Source: a virus (taxonomy: Duplodnaviria; Caudoviricetes). Taken from it: DNA of 64,000 bases. The stretch lies in the IMG/VR virus record IMGVR_UViG_3300027971_000001; one strand, given 5' to 3'. Shown here in pieces: positions 49,412-58,417 of this stretch (positions are counted from its first letter, which is position 1; each line of letters begins with the position of its first letter). Position numbers and translations under genes: made by a program. The notes under the pieces are model-generated. The model saw nothing but the letters and a program-made list of their open reading frames with translations. It ran no database searches and had not been told where the DNA came from.

Positions 49412-49768
49412 TTATTGACCAGGAGGTGTGGGCCAAACAACATCATCAGGAGAAGGAAATGCTTCTGTTATATCCCGGAGTTTTTGACGATATTCCGCCC
49501 ATGTCTGGCGATTTACAGGACTATCTGCACTTTGAGTCCAATCACTCTCTTGTAACAGACGATTCCTTTTTTCCCGTATTACAGCCCATTTAAAATTTGT
49601 TTCATCTTGCGATAACAAATTATAAATTTCCGAAGATGATGGACGTGCATCATTTAGCAACCATTTTGTTACAATATATTGGTTATTATAAGGCGACAAA
49701 ACAAGTTCATAATCCCCAGCTTTGATGTTGGGATATTTGCGTTGAAGGGCTAGAAGTATTTTGTCCAT
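49412..49768 (-). CDS. Tail fibre assembly chaperone
   Basis: IREKRNRLLQESDWTQSADSP...WAEYRQKLRDIT...WPTPP. Confidence 0.88.
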   Translation of the reverse strand: MDKILLALQRKYPNIKAGDYELVLSPYNNQYIVTKWLLNDARPSSSEIYNLLSQDETNFKWAVIREKRNRLLQESDWTQSADSPVNRQTWAEYRQKLRDITEAFPSPDDVVWPTPPGQ

Positions 49769-49773
49769 AAATT

Positions 49774-51144
49774 TTATAATTTAAATGCTGCAAATCTTAC
49801 ATTAAATGCTTGGCTGCTTTCACCACTATAAGCTTGTGCTTGATTCACCTGCATTTCAACATATTCTCCTACACCCAATCCTGTAAGGGCAGTTACACTC
49901 ATGTAAGCATCAATTCCGTTAACTGCAACTGTTGAAGAAGATTGAGCAACAGGAACTGCTGTTACTCCATTTTTGATAATTCTAAGATTTGAGGGATAAT
50001 ATGCCTGATTGTTTAATGTTGCTGCGTTAGCAACAATAAGATAATTACCTGCTTTTCCGGATGGTATGGTTATGCGTGAATTATTGGAAGCAGGATCATG
50101 ATATCCTGCACTATCAAAAAGATCTGCACCTGTGAGAGCTATGGTTGCGAATACTCCGGTTCCGTAACTTATATATTGATTGTTTTCACGTGTGGCAATA
50201 ACACCTTCTGAAACATAAGCAGCCAAGCTTGTGAGTGTGGCTACTGTTGTCTTTTTATTGTCTTTTGCAACCGAATCATAAATCATCACTTCATCGCCTG
50301 CTGCAGGTGATGCTTTAAGAGTACGCCCTTGAATATCTGCACTGAGTGTTACAACACCAAGACCACCTGTTGAACTGGTAGCAACACCATTTTGAGCAAC
50401 AATACGGCTCACTCCTGCAAAAGCACTCAAACCATAAACAGCGCCGGTACCAACTGAACTGAGTGTTTGCACATCCACCACGTCGCCTGTGGCAACTGGT
50501 TCATTCAATGTGATATTGAAACCATCGGTTGCTGTAAAATCGTAACTGTTTACAAGATGAGAACCGTTAAGATACACTGCAAGATTAGGTGCAGCATAAC
50601 GAAGAGATGAACCGAAATCATCATTTCCTGTTATCGTTGTTGCACCGTTTGCAATGGTTGTGGGAACTGTATAACGAAAATTTGATTGAATGATGGTACC
50701 AGAACCGGTTAATGTTTGATTGACTGATACACCAGTTGCACTAAGAGCAACAATTTCAACACTGTCCCCGACATTCAATGTGCTAAGATTTCTTACTTGT
50801 GTGCTGTTAGTGGCGAGAAAGTCTAAACCTTCAATAAGGTGAGCACCGTTCCGATAAACTTCAATTTGTCCAGGAGTGTATGTTAGTGTTAAACCAAAAT
50901 CATCTGCACCGCTGACTGCATTTACAGGACTTCCAGTTCCAATTGTATACCGATAACTTACACGGCGAACACTGCCCAAACTTCCACCCGGTGTGAATCC
51001 TTTGCTTATGAGAAGACCGCTTATAGCAACTGTTAAACTGTCCAGATCTGTACGAATTTCATCTAGTGCACGATAACCTACGACAAAGTCAGTTGCGGAT
51101 AGGACTGTTTGGGGGGTAAATTGAGTAAAATTTTTGAGTGCCAT
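49774..51144 (-). CDS. Tail fibre protein with two repeated ring-like domains and C-terminal C1q-like domain
   Basis: Duplicated DDFG...VY(R/L)NG.HL...DF.AT...GD.V unit; C-terminal FDSAGYHD...RITIPSGKAGNYLI...GEYVEM. Confidence 0.7.
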   Translation of the reverse strand: MALKNFTQFTPQTVLSATDFVVGYRALDEIRTDLDSLTVAISGLLISKGFTPGGSLGSVRRVSYRYTIGTGSPVNAVSGADDFGLTLTYTPGQIEVYRNGAHLIEGLDFLATNSTQVRNLSTLNVGDSVEIVALSATGVSVNQTLTGSGTIIQSNFRYTVPTTIANGATTITGNDDFGSSLRYAAPNLAVYLNGSHLVNSYDFTATDGFNITLNEPVATGDVVDVQTLSSVGTGAVYGLSAFAGVSRIVAQNGVATSSTGGLGVVTLSADIQGRTLKASPAAGDEVMIYDSVAKDNKKTTVATLTSLAAYVSEGVIATRENNQYISYGTGVFATIALTGADLFDSAGYHDPASNNSRITIPSGKAGNYLIVANAATLNNQAYYPSNLRIIKNGVTAVPVAQSSSTVAVNGIDAYMSVTALTGLGVGEYVEMQVNQAQAYSGESSQAFNVRFAAFKL

Positions 51145-51182
51145 TCTTTTATTATTTATTCCAACGGCAACATTATTTTATA

Positions 51183-52316
51183 TTAAAAACCAATCCTTTT
51201 CTTTTCTTTTTCTTGTGACTTTTCCTCCATACCACCCTCTTCATTATATATTTCGGCAAGAGTCATGTTTTTATCCGCTTTTCTTTTGCTTCCTATTTTT
51301 TGCAAAATAATATTGGCTTGATCTGCTGTTAATTCATCAAAATGATGTTCTGCCACAAGACGACCTTTTCGGATAAGAGCCTTGTCTATTTTTTCACGGG
51401 GCGTATTGAAAGTGGCTATGATAAAGAGATTTAAGCAATCTCCAAGAAAACCATCTGTAAGATTCAAAATATTGCTTACCCCTTCAGGATTGCTTCCTTC
51501 ACCTTCCCTGCTCCGTATCACTTTTTCAGCATCTTCAATAAGCAAAATGCTGTTTTTATGATCCAGCATAAAATTCAAAAATCCAGGTGTTGTGATAATA
51601 TCTACAGTACCGGGTGGAACAAAAATAATCTTTTTATCAATATTCATTGCCAAATTTTTAACAATTGTTGTTTTACCACTTCCTGGAACTCCTGAAAAAA
51701 GAACTAATCCGCTTTTTTTATCATTTCTTAATTTTTGCAAAATATTATCATATTTTTTTACAAATTCTTTTCCATAATTCAATTCAATATCAATATCATG
51801 GTTTGGAAGTTTAATATCAAATTTTTTCAGATATGTTCCTTCAATTCCATCCTGACAAATCAAAAACACATTTCCTTTTTTAATGTTTTCTTTATATTCA
51901 AACATTCCTCTAATTTCTTCCAATGTAGTAATGTCCGTATATAAAATCTGCACCCAAAAACTTTTGTTCTGCATCTTTTCCTCAAACGTTTCATTGTTTG
52001 CAGTTGAAGGTATATAATCATCATCGTCATCTTTTGTGCAATCCAAACAAACCAATGCATCTTTGTACACATAGTAAATCTGGGTTGTAAAAATGTCCCT
52101 TTTATCATTTTTTTTGCTACGATAATCCATTTTACTATCGAATATTTTTTCAGCCTTTTTCTTTTCCAATTTTTGAACAATAGTTTCATCCACCAATATG
52201 TTGTTGAGTTTAAAAACCAATGGTTGCTGTTTGAATCTGTGGGTATAATAATAAAACGCATTAAATGGATTATATCCAGAATTGCTGCGTGAATATGGCT
52301 GATAAGATTCTGACAT
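51183..52316 (-). CDS. AAA+ family ATPase
   Basis: Walker A SGVPGSGKT, Walker B LLIEDAE, ILNLTDGFL, IDKALIRKGRL. Confidence 0.9.
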   Translation of the reverse strand: MSESYQPYSRSNSGYNPFNAFYYYTHRFKQQPLVFKLNNILVDETIVQKLEKKKAEKIFDSKMDYRSKKNDKRDIFTTQIYYVYKDALVCLDCTKDDDDDYIPSTANNETFEEKMQNKSFWVQILYTDITTLEEIRGMFEYKENIKKGNVFLICQDGIEGTYLKKFDIKLPNHDIDIELNYGKEFVKKYDNILQKLRNDKKSGLVLFSGVPGSGKTTIVKNLAMNIDKKIIFVPPGTVDIITTPGFLNFMLDHKNSILLIEDAEKVIRSREGEGSNPEGVSNILNLTDGFLGDCLNLFIIATFNTPREKIDKALIRKGRLVAEHHFDELTADQANIILQKIGSKRKADKNMTLAEIYNEEGGMEEKSQEKEKKRIGF

Positions 52317-52345
52317 AACTGTATTTAACTATTGTAAATAGTTGT

Positions 52346-52480
52346 GTGAAAAAGTCAAAAAAGAAGCGCAAAATCGTGCCATTCAAGTATTTTGTAAAGA
52401 ATAGAGGATTTGATGCAACCACCATGCCCAACACCGCATTTTTGCCTGCAGCTGCAGGAAGCATGCAACCTAGTCTTTAG
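52346..52480 (+). CDS. Small basic protein, 44 aa; not in the supplied track
   Basis: GTG 52346 to TAG 52480: MKKSKKKRKIVPFKYFVKNRGFDATTMPNTAFLPAAAGSMQPSL; TAAATA 5 nt upstream; fills the intergenic gap. Confidence 0.5.
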   Translation: MKKSKKKRKIVPFKYFVKNRGFDATTMPNTAFLPAAAGSMQPSL

Positions 52481-52517
52481 TGTTGACAAAACTATAATTT
52501 TATAAATAATAACAAGT

Positions 52518-54221
52518 ATGCGTGGGGATTTACAAAATATAAAGGAAAGCTATGAGCGAAACATATTGCGGGAAAATGTGGATCGTTTGGAATTCTTAAA
52601 AAACAAATATCTTCCATTATTTTACGCCAAGCTTTTGCACATATGGCCAGAAGAAAGCAATCTGCCCAGCAATTATGAAGACTTCAAAAAAGGAACAGAA
52701 ACAAATCCCAAATACAAAACTTATCTGGAATTTCTGAGTGAAACCATAGACAATCTGATAGGAGCAGATCCTTTCAGTAAAGTTGATATTGAAAAGGGTG
52801 CGGGTTATGCCGGTCAATATAGTGAATGGATTCTTAAAACATTTTTGAAAAAGTTTGATGAAAAAGGTGAAGGCGCAGGAAAAACCATCAATCATATTCG
52901 TCGTTTCATGAATGAAGATCTCTACAAACTAAACAGCGATCTGAAAATTTACGACAAAAACAAAAGCAAAGTATCCTTGAATAAAAAGAATGTGCGAGAT
53001 ATCAATCAAGTTCCTGATTTCAATACTCTTTTTTATATCATCAAACCTTTCATTCCAAAACATCAGGAAGAAGATATTAAAGACAAAAGCAAAGTGCGAA
53101 TTCTTTTGGATAATAGCCAATATTTCGTAGGTGTTCCTTTGACACTTTCTGCATCACAAAGTCTAGGAAACAATACCCGTTGGTGTACGGCTGCTCGAAG
53201 TGATAATAATACATATTATGATTCATATACCAAGGACGGTCCTCTTTATATTGTATTCGTCAAAAACAAAGGTGAATTGACCAAATATCAATTTCATTTT
53301 CCCAGTGGTCAATACATGGACTCGGATGATCGATCTATTGATGTTTTTGAATTTTTTAGCAATCACCCCGTCATAGGAAAAGTCATATTGGATGATTATG
53401 AAAAAACAGATCCGGATGAAAACGATTTGAGAAAAGCAAAATTGTTAACAGGTGGATTGGATATACTGGATAAAGAACCAGATGAATTTTTCCAGAATCT
53501 TTCTGCTCGAAACATTATCACCATGGTTGTTCAAGGACAATTGGATCTGGGAAGATTAAACAAAGGATTAGGTATTCTTTCAAAAGCTTTTGATAACCAG
53601 GCAACATTCACAGATGAAGGATTGGAATTGACAATAATCAAAAATGAAACAGATGAATTTCTTGAGGATTTTTACAATTATGGAATTAACAGGGTAATTC
53701 AGGGTTTTCTTTACAACCCTGTCAGTGTATTTTTTGATGGTAACGAAGATCAGGAAATGGTTCCGTTTGTTTTAAACAGTATTTTAAGTCCAAAACAAAA
53801 ACAAAATACAGAACGAGTGTTTTCGGATATTGGTGAAAATCCAGAATCATCTGATGAATTTTATAGTATTTGCAGAAATGTTTTGAATAGTCATATCAAA
53901 AAAACGGCATCTCAATATTTGAAAAATACAGTGCTTGATACTTTTAAAAGCCGAGGAATTATTTTCAATAAAAAAGGAAGAAAGAATCAATTGATCATTC
54001 CTTTCGATTCTCTTCTTGATGTTTTTGAAGAAGGTGACACTGCTACCTTTTTCAATATATTGGAAAATCCTTCATACTATGCAAAACTTGGGCAATTGAT
54101 ACCAGATGTTTCCAATGATCAAATTGAAGAAGAAAAGAATAACTTCATAGATTTTGTTTCGCAAAATATTGATCGTAAACAAATTGCAGATGATATTATT
54201 AAAAAGGTAGATAAACATTAA
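52518..54221 (+). CDS. Hypothetical protein with PcfJ-like domain
   Basis: ASQSLGNNTRWCTAA...YYDSYTKDGPLYIV...KYQFHF...MDSDD; TATAAATA upstream. Confidence 0.6.
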   Translation: MRGDLQNIKESYERNILRENVDRLEFLKNKYLPLFYAKLLHIWPEESNLPSNYEDFKKGTETNPKYKTYLEFLSETIDNLIGADPFSKVDIEKGAGYAGQYSEWILKTFLKKFDEKGEGAGKTINHIRRFMNEDLYKLNSDLKIYDKNKSKVSLNKKNVRDINQVPDFNTLFYIIKPFIPKHQEEDIKDKSKVRILLDNSQYFVGVPLTLSASQSLGNNTRWCTAARSDNNTYYDSYTKDGPLYIVFVKNKGELTKYQFHFPSGQYMDSDDRSIDVFEFFSNHPVIGKVILDDYEKTDPDENDLRKAKLLTGGLDILDKEPDEFFQNLSARNIITMVVQGQLDLGRLNKGLGILSKAFDNQATFTDEGLELTIIKNETDEFLEDFYNYGINRVIQGFLYNPVSVFFDGNEDQEMVPFVLNSILSPKQKQNTERVFSDIGENPESSDEFYSICRNVLNSHIKKTASQYLKNTVLDTFKSRGIIFNKKGRKNQLIIPFDSLLDVFEEGDTATFFNILENPSYYAKLGQLIPDVSNDQIEEEKNNFIDFVSQNIDRKQIADDIIKKVDKH

Positions 54222-54233
54222 ATAATATATAAT

Positions 54234-54440
54234 ATGAAAATATTAAATGACTTGGCTAATCTTGCTGACACAGTTCGTTGGACTATCGTTTGGAAGATCG
54301 AAGATCTGAAAAATGCTGTTCTCGCACTGATTCCTTCTAAAAAAGAATTAATCGACAATGATTATTTCATTGATGAAGCACCTGTTAAAAAGACAGTCAA
54401 AAAGTCCACAAAAAAGAAAACTAAAAAAAGCAAGAAATAA
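54234..54440 (+). CDS. Small protein with Lys-rich C-terminal tail
   Basis: 68 aa ending APVKKTVKKSTKKKTKKSKK; stop abuts the next ATG. Confidence 0.6.
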   Translation: MKILNDLANLADTVRWTIVWKIEDLKNAVLALIPSKKELIDNDYFIDEAPVKKTVKKSTKKKTKKSKK

Positions 54441-54884
54441 ATGAATTTTCCGAATTTTTCGGAAGTTGTTAAAATTGCAAAACGCCGGAGTGCCGGTGGT
54501 ATTCTTTTCGATAAGAACAAAAACATCGTTCTTGTGCAAGAACGGGATGGTTCGTGGAGTTTTCCTAAAGGTGGAATAGATGATGGTGAATCACCTATGA
54601 GTGCGGCTGTGCGGGAGATAAAAGAAGAAACGGGCATACGTTCCCTTTATCCTATCAGATCTTTAGGACAATATTATCGACCCACACGCAAAGGAAAAAA
54701 GAGAATGGTGTTTATGTATTTGTTTCAAGTGGAAAATCAAAAACTTCAACCTTTGGACAGAAACAATCCTAGGGCAGAATTTTTTCCTTTTAATAAAGCC
54801 ATAAACAAATTGGATATTCCTAGTGATAGTGCTTTTTTAAAAAATAATGAAATTGTAATAGATAATTATTTGAAAAATAATTAA
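54441..54884 (+). CDS. Nudix hydrolase
   Basis: Nudix box WSFPKGGIDDGESPMSAAVREIKEETG. Confidence 0.93.
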   Translation: MNFPNFSEVVKIAKRRSAGGILFDKNKNIVLVQERDGSWSFPKGGIDDGESPMSAAVREIKEETGIRSLYPIRSLGQYYRPTRKGKKRMVFMYLFQVENQKLQPLDRNNPRAEFFPFNKAINKLDIPSDSAFLKNNEIVIDNYLKNN

Positions 54885-54920
54885 ATCTTGATTTTATTTC
54901 TGTTTATATAAAATACTCTA

Positions 54921-55202
54921 ATGAAAATACTTGAGAAGAGTTTTGAGCGTAAGAAATTTCAATACGATCAAATTTATCGAAAAGGTAATTTGGCAATTTA
55001 TACACAAAAAAATGTAGAATATGGAAGCTTGACATATGAAGCCATCATTATAAAATCACATAATGGTTATGAAATTATGGGAACCAAGATTCCTCCTTCA
55101 GAAGTTTATCCTTGTGACAGTCAATGGGGTGATTTTGGATGGTCATACCAAACATTAGAAGAAGCAAAAAACAAAATAAAAGAACTGGAGGAAGCAAAAT
55201 GA
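54921..55202 (+). CDS. Hypothetical protein
   Basis: 93-aa ORF; ATGA overlap with the next gene. Confidence 0.6.
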   Translation: MKILEKSFERKKFQYDQIYRKGNLAIYTQKNVEYGSLTYEAIIIKSHNGYEIMGTKIPPSEVYPCDSQWGDFGWSYQTLEEAKNKIKELEEAK

Positions 55203-55399
55203 AAGTTGGTAAAATTAAAAAAATAACAATGTATCGGGTAGACTTTGACAATGTGTCACCGGAAGAACAAAAAACCATCACTGATTATGGTCGGCAAGTG
55301 ATTACAGAAGAACAGTATTTTGAAATTGGCGCAGTAAAAGCATTGGAGAATTTCACGGCTGCCTCTAAGAAAAAGAAACGTACCAAACGCATAAACTAG
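55199..55399 (+). CDS. Hypothetical protein, 66 aa
   Basis: Start reassigned to ATG 55199 (ATGA coupling); ends before the terminator. Confidence 0.55.
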   Translation: MKVGKIKKITMYRVDFDNVSPEEQKTITDYGRQVITEEQYFEIGAVKALENFTAASKKKKRTKRIN

Positions 55400-55423
55400 T
55401 ATCTGTAATAGTCCTTATATAAA

Positions 55424-55460
55424 AAAATACCCAGATGGTTTTTTGCCATCTGGGTATTTT
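55424..55460. terminator. Bidirectional Rho-independent terminator between convergent genes
   Basis: 15-bp perfect stem AAAATACCCAGATGG/CCATCTGGGTATTTT with A/T tracts on both sides. Confidence 0.88.
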
Positions 55461-55474
55461 CTTTTAGACTGATA

Positions 55475-55771
55475 TTACTGATTGAAATCGCCTAGATCAC
55501 GGTGAAAGGTATATTCACCGGGCTTGGCAACCAGAACATCATAACCGGATTCAACTTCATCAGCCATTGCCAGAAACGGAGATGCAACGGCAAAAAGACC
55601 GAAACCAGCGACGGTTCCAGCAACGCCAAGAGGACGCACAACCAAAAGATCGGCTGTGGCCAAGAAAGCGCCTTCTGCTGTCACTTCATCCGAATCGGTG
55701 GTACCATTGTCTGCATAAGACAAGGTGGCTGCAAGCATCAATACCGATACGAGTGTGAGTACTTTATTCAT
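55475..55771 (-). CDS. Secreted/membrane protein of bacterial type with signal peptide
   Basis: Start ATG 55771: MNKVLTLVSVLMLAATLSYA (signal-peptide-like), then ADLLVVRPLGVAGTVAGFGLFAVASPF...PGEYTFHRDLG. Confidence 0.65.
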   Translation of the reverse strand: MNKVLTLVSVLMLAATLSYADNGTTDSDEVTAEGAFLATADLLVVRPLGVAGTVAGFGLFAVASPFLAMADEVESGYDVLVAKPGEYTFHRDLGDFNQ

Positions 55772-55799
55772 ATAGATAATTACCAAACCAACAGCTTTT

Positions 55800-56177
55800 T
55801 CAACTGTATTTTTTAATACATTTACGAGCATCTTTTTCGTTGATTCCGCTCATATGACTCATTATTTTATTAAAAGTTTTTATATTTTTTAAATAACGTT
55901 TGGCTTGGCTAAGTTTATATTTTTCAAAACTATCCAATTTCTTTTTTTGTTTTGACAATAAATCAGGAGCTTTTTCTGTTTTGGTTTCTTCAGACTCGTC
56001 TGCAAGCTTTCCATCACCGCCAGTGGCTTTATCTATGGCTTTTCCCCTGGCAATTTCATAACCACTCAGTTTTCCGTCTTTGTTTAAATCGGATTTTTTT
56101 ACATCAATAGCATCTTCATCAGTAGCTTTAACCGTCTTATATTTTTCCAAAATAAGATCAATTTCGTTATTCAGCAT
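55800..56177 (-). CDS. Hypothetical protein with an EF-hand-like DLNKDGKLSGYE motif
   Basis: D-x-N-x-D-G-x-L-S-x-x-E fits the EF-hand loop spacing. Confidence 0.6.
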   Translation of the reverse strand: MLNNEIDLILEKYKTVKATDEDAIDVKKSDLNKDGKLSGYEIARGKAIDKATGGDGKLADESEETKTEKAPDLLSKQKKKLDSFEKYKLSQAKRYLKNIKTFNKIMSHMSGINEKDARKCIKKYS

Positions 56178-56243
56178 ATTATTATTTATAAAACATGGGT
56201 TTCTGTTGTTGATTTATGGCTTCATTATTTTATAAATAGTTGT

Positions 56244-57311
56244 ATGCCTTTTGGTCGTGATCATCAACTTATTTTTGAAAAATATCTTACTCTGACAGAG
56301 AAGGTTACGTTGGAAAATATTCTTAACCTTTTACAGAATAAAAATGAAAAGATAGCGGCCAAACTGCTTGAAATGGATAAAACAGCAAGCAAAGGACATG
56401 TTCTTAAATTGGCAAAATTCTTTAATGAAACACAAAATTTGGATGTCTTATCCGAATATTATAAAAAGTTTTTGGAACTGAAAAAGCGTAACCGTATAGA
56501 AGACATAACTCGTTTCAAATCATTCAGCGAAATGGAACATGCAATTGATGCAATGGAAACAAAGGTTAATCTTTCCATGCCTGAAGAGGTTGGTGATGCT
56601 GAGAAACCTCTTTACGAGGATGAAAACATCAAAGTTTTTGGTGCAGAGAATCGGGCCAAATGTGTAAAACTAGGAAGCAATTATAGTTTTTGTATCAGCC
56701 GTCCCGGATCAGGAAATCTTTATTCGAGTTATCGTTTAAGAGATCAATCAAGTTTTTATTTTGTTCGTTTGAAAAAACGCACTGATGAAAAAAAGAATAA
56801 TGATTATGTTGATCCTGCACATTTGATGGTCATTGATGCTTTGCCTAAAGGTGAATATAACTGGACATGGGCAGATAATGGTAGTCAGGGTCATGGAACA
56901 ACAAGAGTTACCAAAGAACAGGCAATCAAAGAATTTCCAGAATTGAAACCTGCTTTTGACAAAATTATAACTGCAAAACCTTTAACTCGGGACGAAAAAA
57001 GCAAAATCGAAAAATTTAATGAATTGGCGAATGACTTCGATGCAAATACTTTCAACAGTTTGAAATATCCTGAAAAAGAAGAATTCATACAACAAGGTGG
57101 TGCTAAACTTCCTTTTGATGCGTGGAAAACTCTTGATAAAAATCTTCGAAATGAATATTTGAAAGTTGTTGAAGATTTTGATTCAAAAATATTTCAGGAT
57201 CTTAAAGAAAATGAAAAAAAGGTTTTTGAAAAACAAATTCAAAAAAGTGCAGAAGCTGCATTCCAATATTTTCTTTATTTGGACGATTTAATCGAAAAAG
57301 ATGAAAAATGA
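56244..57311 (+). CDS. Hypothetical protein with PcfJ-like domain (paralogue of 52518)
   Basis: DITRFKSF...LYEDENIKVF...CVKLGSNYSFCISR...LYSSYR...FYFV; TATAAATA 5 nt upstream. Confidence 0.6.
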   Translation: MPFGRDHQLIFEKYLTLTEKVTLENILNLLQNKNEKIAAKLLEMDKTASKGHVLKLAKFFNETQNLDVLSEYYKKFLELKKRNRIEDITRFKSFSEMEHAIDAMETKVNLSMPEEVGDAEKPLYEDENIKVFGAENRAKCVKLGSNYSFCISRPGSGNLYSSYRLRDQSSFYFVRLKKRTDEKKNNDYVDPAHLMVIDALPKGEYNWTWADNGSQGHGTTRVTKEQAIKEFPELKPAFDKIITAKPLTRDEKSKIEKFNELANDFDANTFNSLKYPEKEEFIQQGGAKLPFDAWKTLDKNLRNEYLKVVEDFDSKIFQDLKENEKKVFEKQIQKSAEAAFQYFLYLDDLIEKDEK

Positions 57312-58401
57312 TACACAACAGGATCTGCTTGATAGCATAGCAAAAGATCCTTATGTGGCCATGCGTTTTGCCCGACGCATGCGTTCCCAAGGAAAATCAG
57401 TTCCGGATATTATTCTGAAATCAATTGTTAGTGAACCTGTGGCAGGATCTAATTTTGCTTTGGAATTGGCCATGGGTGATTACATTTTGGTGGGCCAATC
57501 TGTGCCTGAACTATTGTTGAATAAAATCGTTACAAATCCTAAAAATTCATATTATATTGCAAAATATTATAAAAAACATAATCAACAAATACCAGACAGA
57601 GTTTTAAAAAGCATACAAAAATCACCATTTGCAGGATTATCATTTGATGAAAATGAAGAACAATCAAACGAACCTATCATTAAAAAACAATTGTTGCAAA
57701 AAATTCTAAACGATCCGAATTATTCCCTTCGATATGTAAAGGTTCTAGCTCAAAACGAAAGACCAATTCCTGCTAGTGTAGAAGATTCATTTGCCCAATT
57801 TCCTGTAGCTGCTACCGAATATGCAACAATAGTAGTCTCCAACGATGGAAAGGTTTCACAAAAAATATTAGATATTATAAAAAAAGATAAGGATCAAAGT
57901 TTTAATTTTGCTAATGGTATACTTGATGCAGCACAAAAGGTTGCTCCTTTGGAAATAATAAATTCCTTGGCAAGAGATTCATCTCTCGCAGCATCATATG
58001 GAATAAAATTTATAAAAATACACGAAAAAGATAAAAAAATTCTGGACATCCTGGAGAATGGAATTGTAAAAGGAAAAATATCTACTTATAAAAGTGTTGA
58101 TGCGGAAAGATCTGAAAATGCGTCAAAATATGTTATGGCCTATGTGAATTCCACTGGTGAATTGCCTGGAAAAGCTGTGCTTCAATTAACCAATCCAAGC
58201 TCTCTTGTTATTGTCAGTAATATGCTTTTGTCTCAAAACAAACAGATTCCACAGGAAATTATAGATACAATTGCCAAAAATGGTACTGCATCATATGCAT
58301 TTACTGCCCGATATAAAATGATAAAAGGTGGAAAAACACTTCCCAGCATTTATAAAAAAATTCAGGATAGTGCTGACAAATACGACAAAGAAAGTATTTA
58401 A
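57301..58401 (+). CDS. Alpha-helical repeat protein (about 31-aa units)
   Basis: Recurrent G-x-x-VP-x-x-IL-x-SI-x-x-DP-x-x-A-x-x-(Y/F)A pattern. Confidence 0.6.
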   Translation: MKNDTQQDLLDSIAKDPYVAMRFARRMRSQGKSVPDIILKSIVSEPVAGSNFALELAMGDYILVGQSVPELLLNKIVTNPKNSYYIAKYYKKHNQQIPDRVLKSIQKSPFAGLSFDENEEQSNEPIIKKQLLQKILNDPNYSLRYVKVLAQNERPIPASVEDSFAQFPVAATEYATIVVSNDGKVSQKILDIIKKDKDQSFNFANGILDAAQKVAPLEIINSLARDSSLAASYGIKFIKIHEKDKKILDILENGIVKGKISTYKSVDAERSENASKYVMAYVNSTGELPGKAVLQLTNPSSLVIVSNMLLSQNKQIPQEIIDTIAKNGTASYAFTARYKMIKGGKTLPSIYKKIQDSADKYDKESI

Positions 58402-58417
58402 AATAAATTGATTTTCC

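Noticed and set aside
52270-52464. 64-aa minus-strand ORF
   Set aside because: Overlaps the AAA ATPase start in another frame; the plus-strand 44-aa ORF with TAAATA explains the interval better.
52483-52500. TTGACA and TATAAT as a sigma70 promoter
   Set aside because: The two hexamers are only 4 nt apart, incompatible with the 16-18-nt spacer.
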